DNA of 62,933 nucleotides, counting the filler, from Rhabdomonas costata (Eukaryota): the NCBI GenBank assembly GCA_019059605.1. It is 38 parts of 38 records of this genome, joined end to end, with 100 filler letters (N's around TTAATTAATTAA, not from the genome) between each part and the next. Parts side by side here need not be neighbours in the genome. Positions count along the whole stretch, not along the records: positions 61,375 to 62,933 come from JAHMHO010013088.1; 37 more parts are not named here. One strand, 5' to 3'. The position numbers were made by a program, and so were the translations under genes. The first letter of the stretch is position 1. Each line of letters starts with the position of its first letter. The notes beneath the pieces were generated by a model. That model searched no databases, was not told the DNA's origin, and saw only the letters and a program-made list of their open reading frames with translations. Below, in pieces: positions 62,844 through 62,933 of this stretch.

Positions 62844-62915
62844 CGGGTCTTATCTCCGAGCGGTTCGGTGGACGGGCTCTTGTCTGCAGGGTCGCGGGTT
62901 TGATTCCCAGACCCG
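62844..62915 (+). other. tRNA-like / SINE-head-like 72-nt element
   Basis: 7-bp terminal stem cgggtct/agacccg, A-box-like ctccgagcggtt and B-box-like ggtttgattccc. The T-stem is incomplete, so it is not a canonical tRNA. Confidence 0.3.
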
Positions 62916-62933
62916 AACGAAGCGGCCACTCCA

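Noticed and set aside
1-62933. Any operon or gene cluster formed by neighbouring genes (for example cox1 beside gag, PRMT and acnB)
   Set aside because: The contigs are unrelated pieces concatenated by length; adjacency has no biological meaning.

Overview
This is not a contiguous locus. It is 38 unrelated contigs of about 1.55-1.56 kb, joined by an artificial 100-bp linker (N44-TTAATTAATTAA-N44), so nothing can be inferred across linkers. Contig ends carry G/T-only (5') and C/A-only (3') remnants consistent with GenomePlex-type whole-genome amplification. The source is an intron-rich flagellated protist, probably a euglenozoan (inferred). Spliced GT-AG fragments I recognise: IP3 receptor, bacterial-type aconitase AcnB, CFAP46, RSP4/6, MRD1/RBM19, a PRMT, an adenylate-cyclase-like receptor, and SPRY, Kelch and ankyrin/ZZ proteins, plus an apparent adenylate kinase-PUB fusion. 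A DYRKP-type kinase fragment and an F-box gene are uninterrupted by introns. The most unusual content is mitochondrial-type DNA. One contig holds the cox1 3' region with an in-frame TAG at a conserved Tyr position, followed by a possible very divergent ND4-like segment. Another holds an isolated nad1 5' piece abutting a long hairpin. All homology calls come from recalled motifs; no searches were run.
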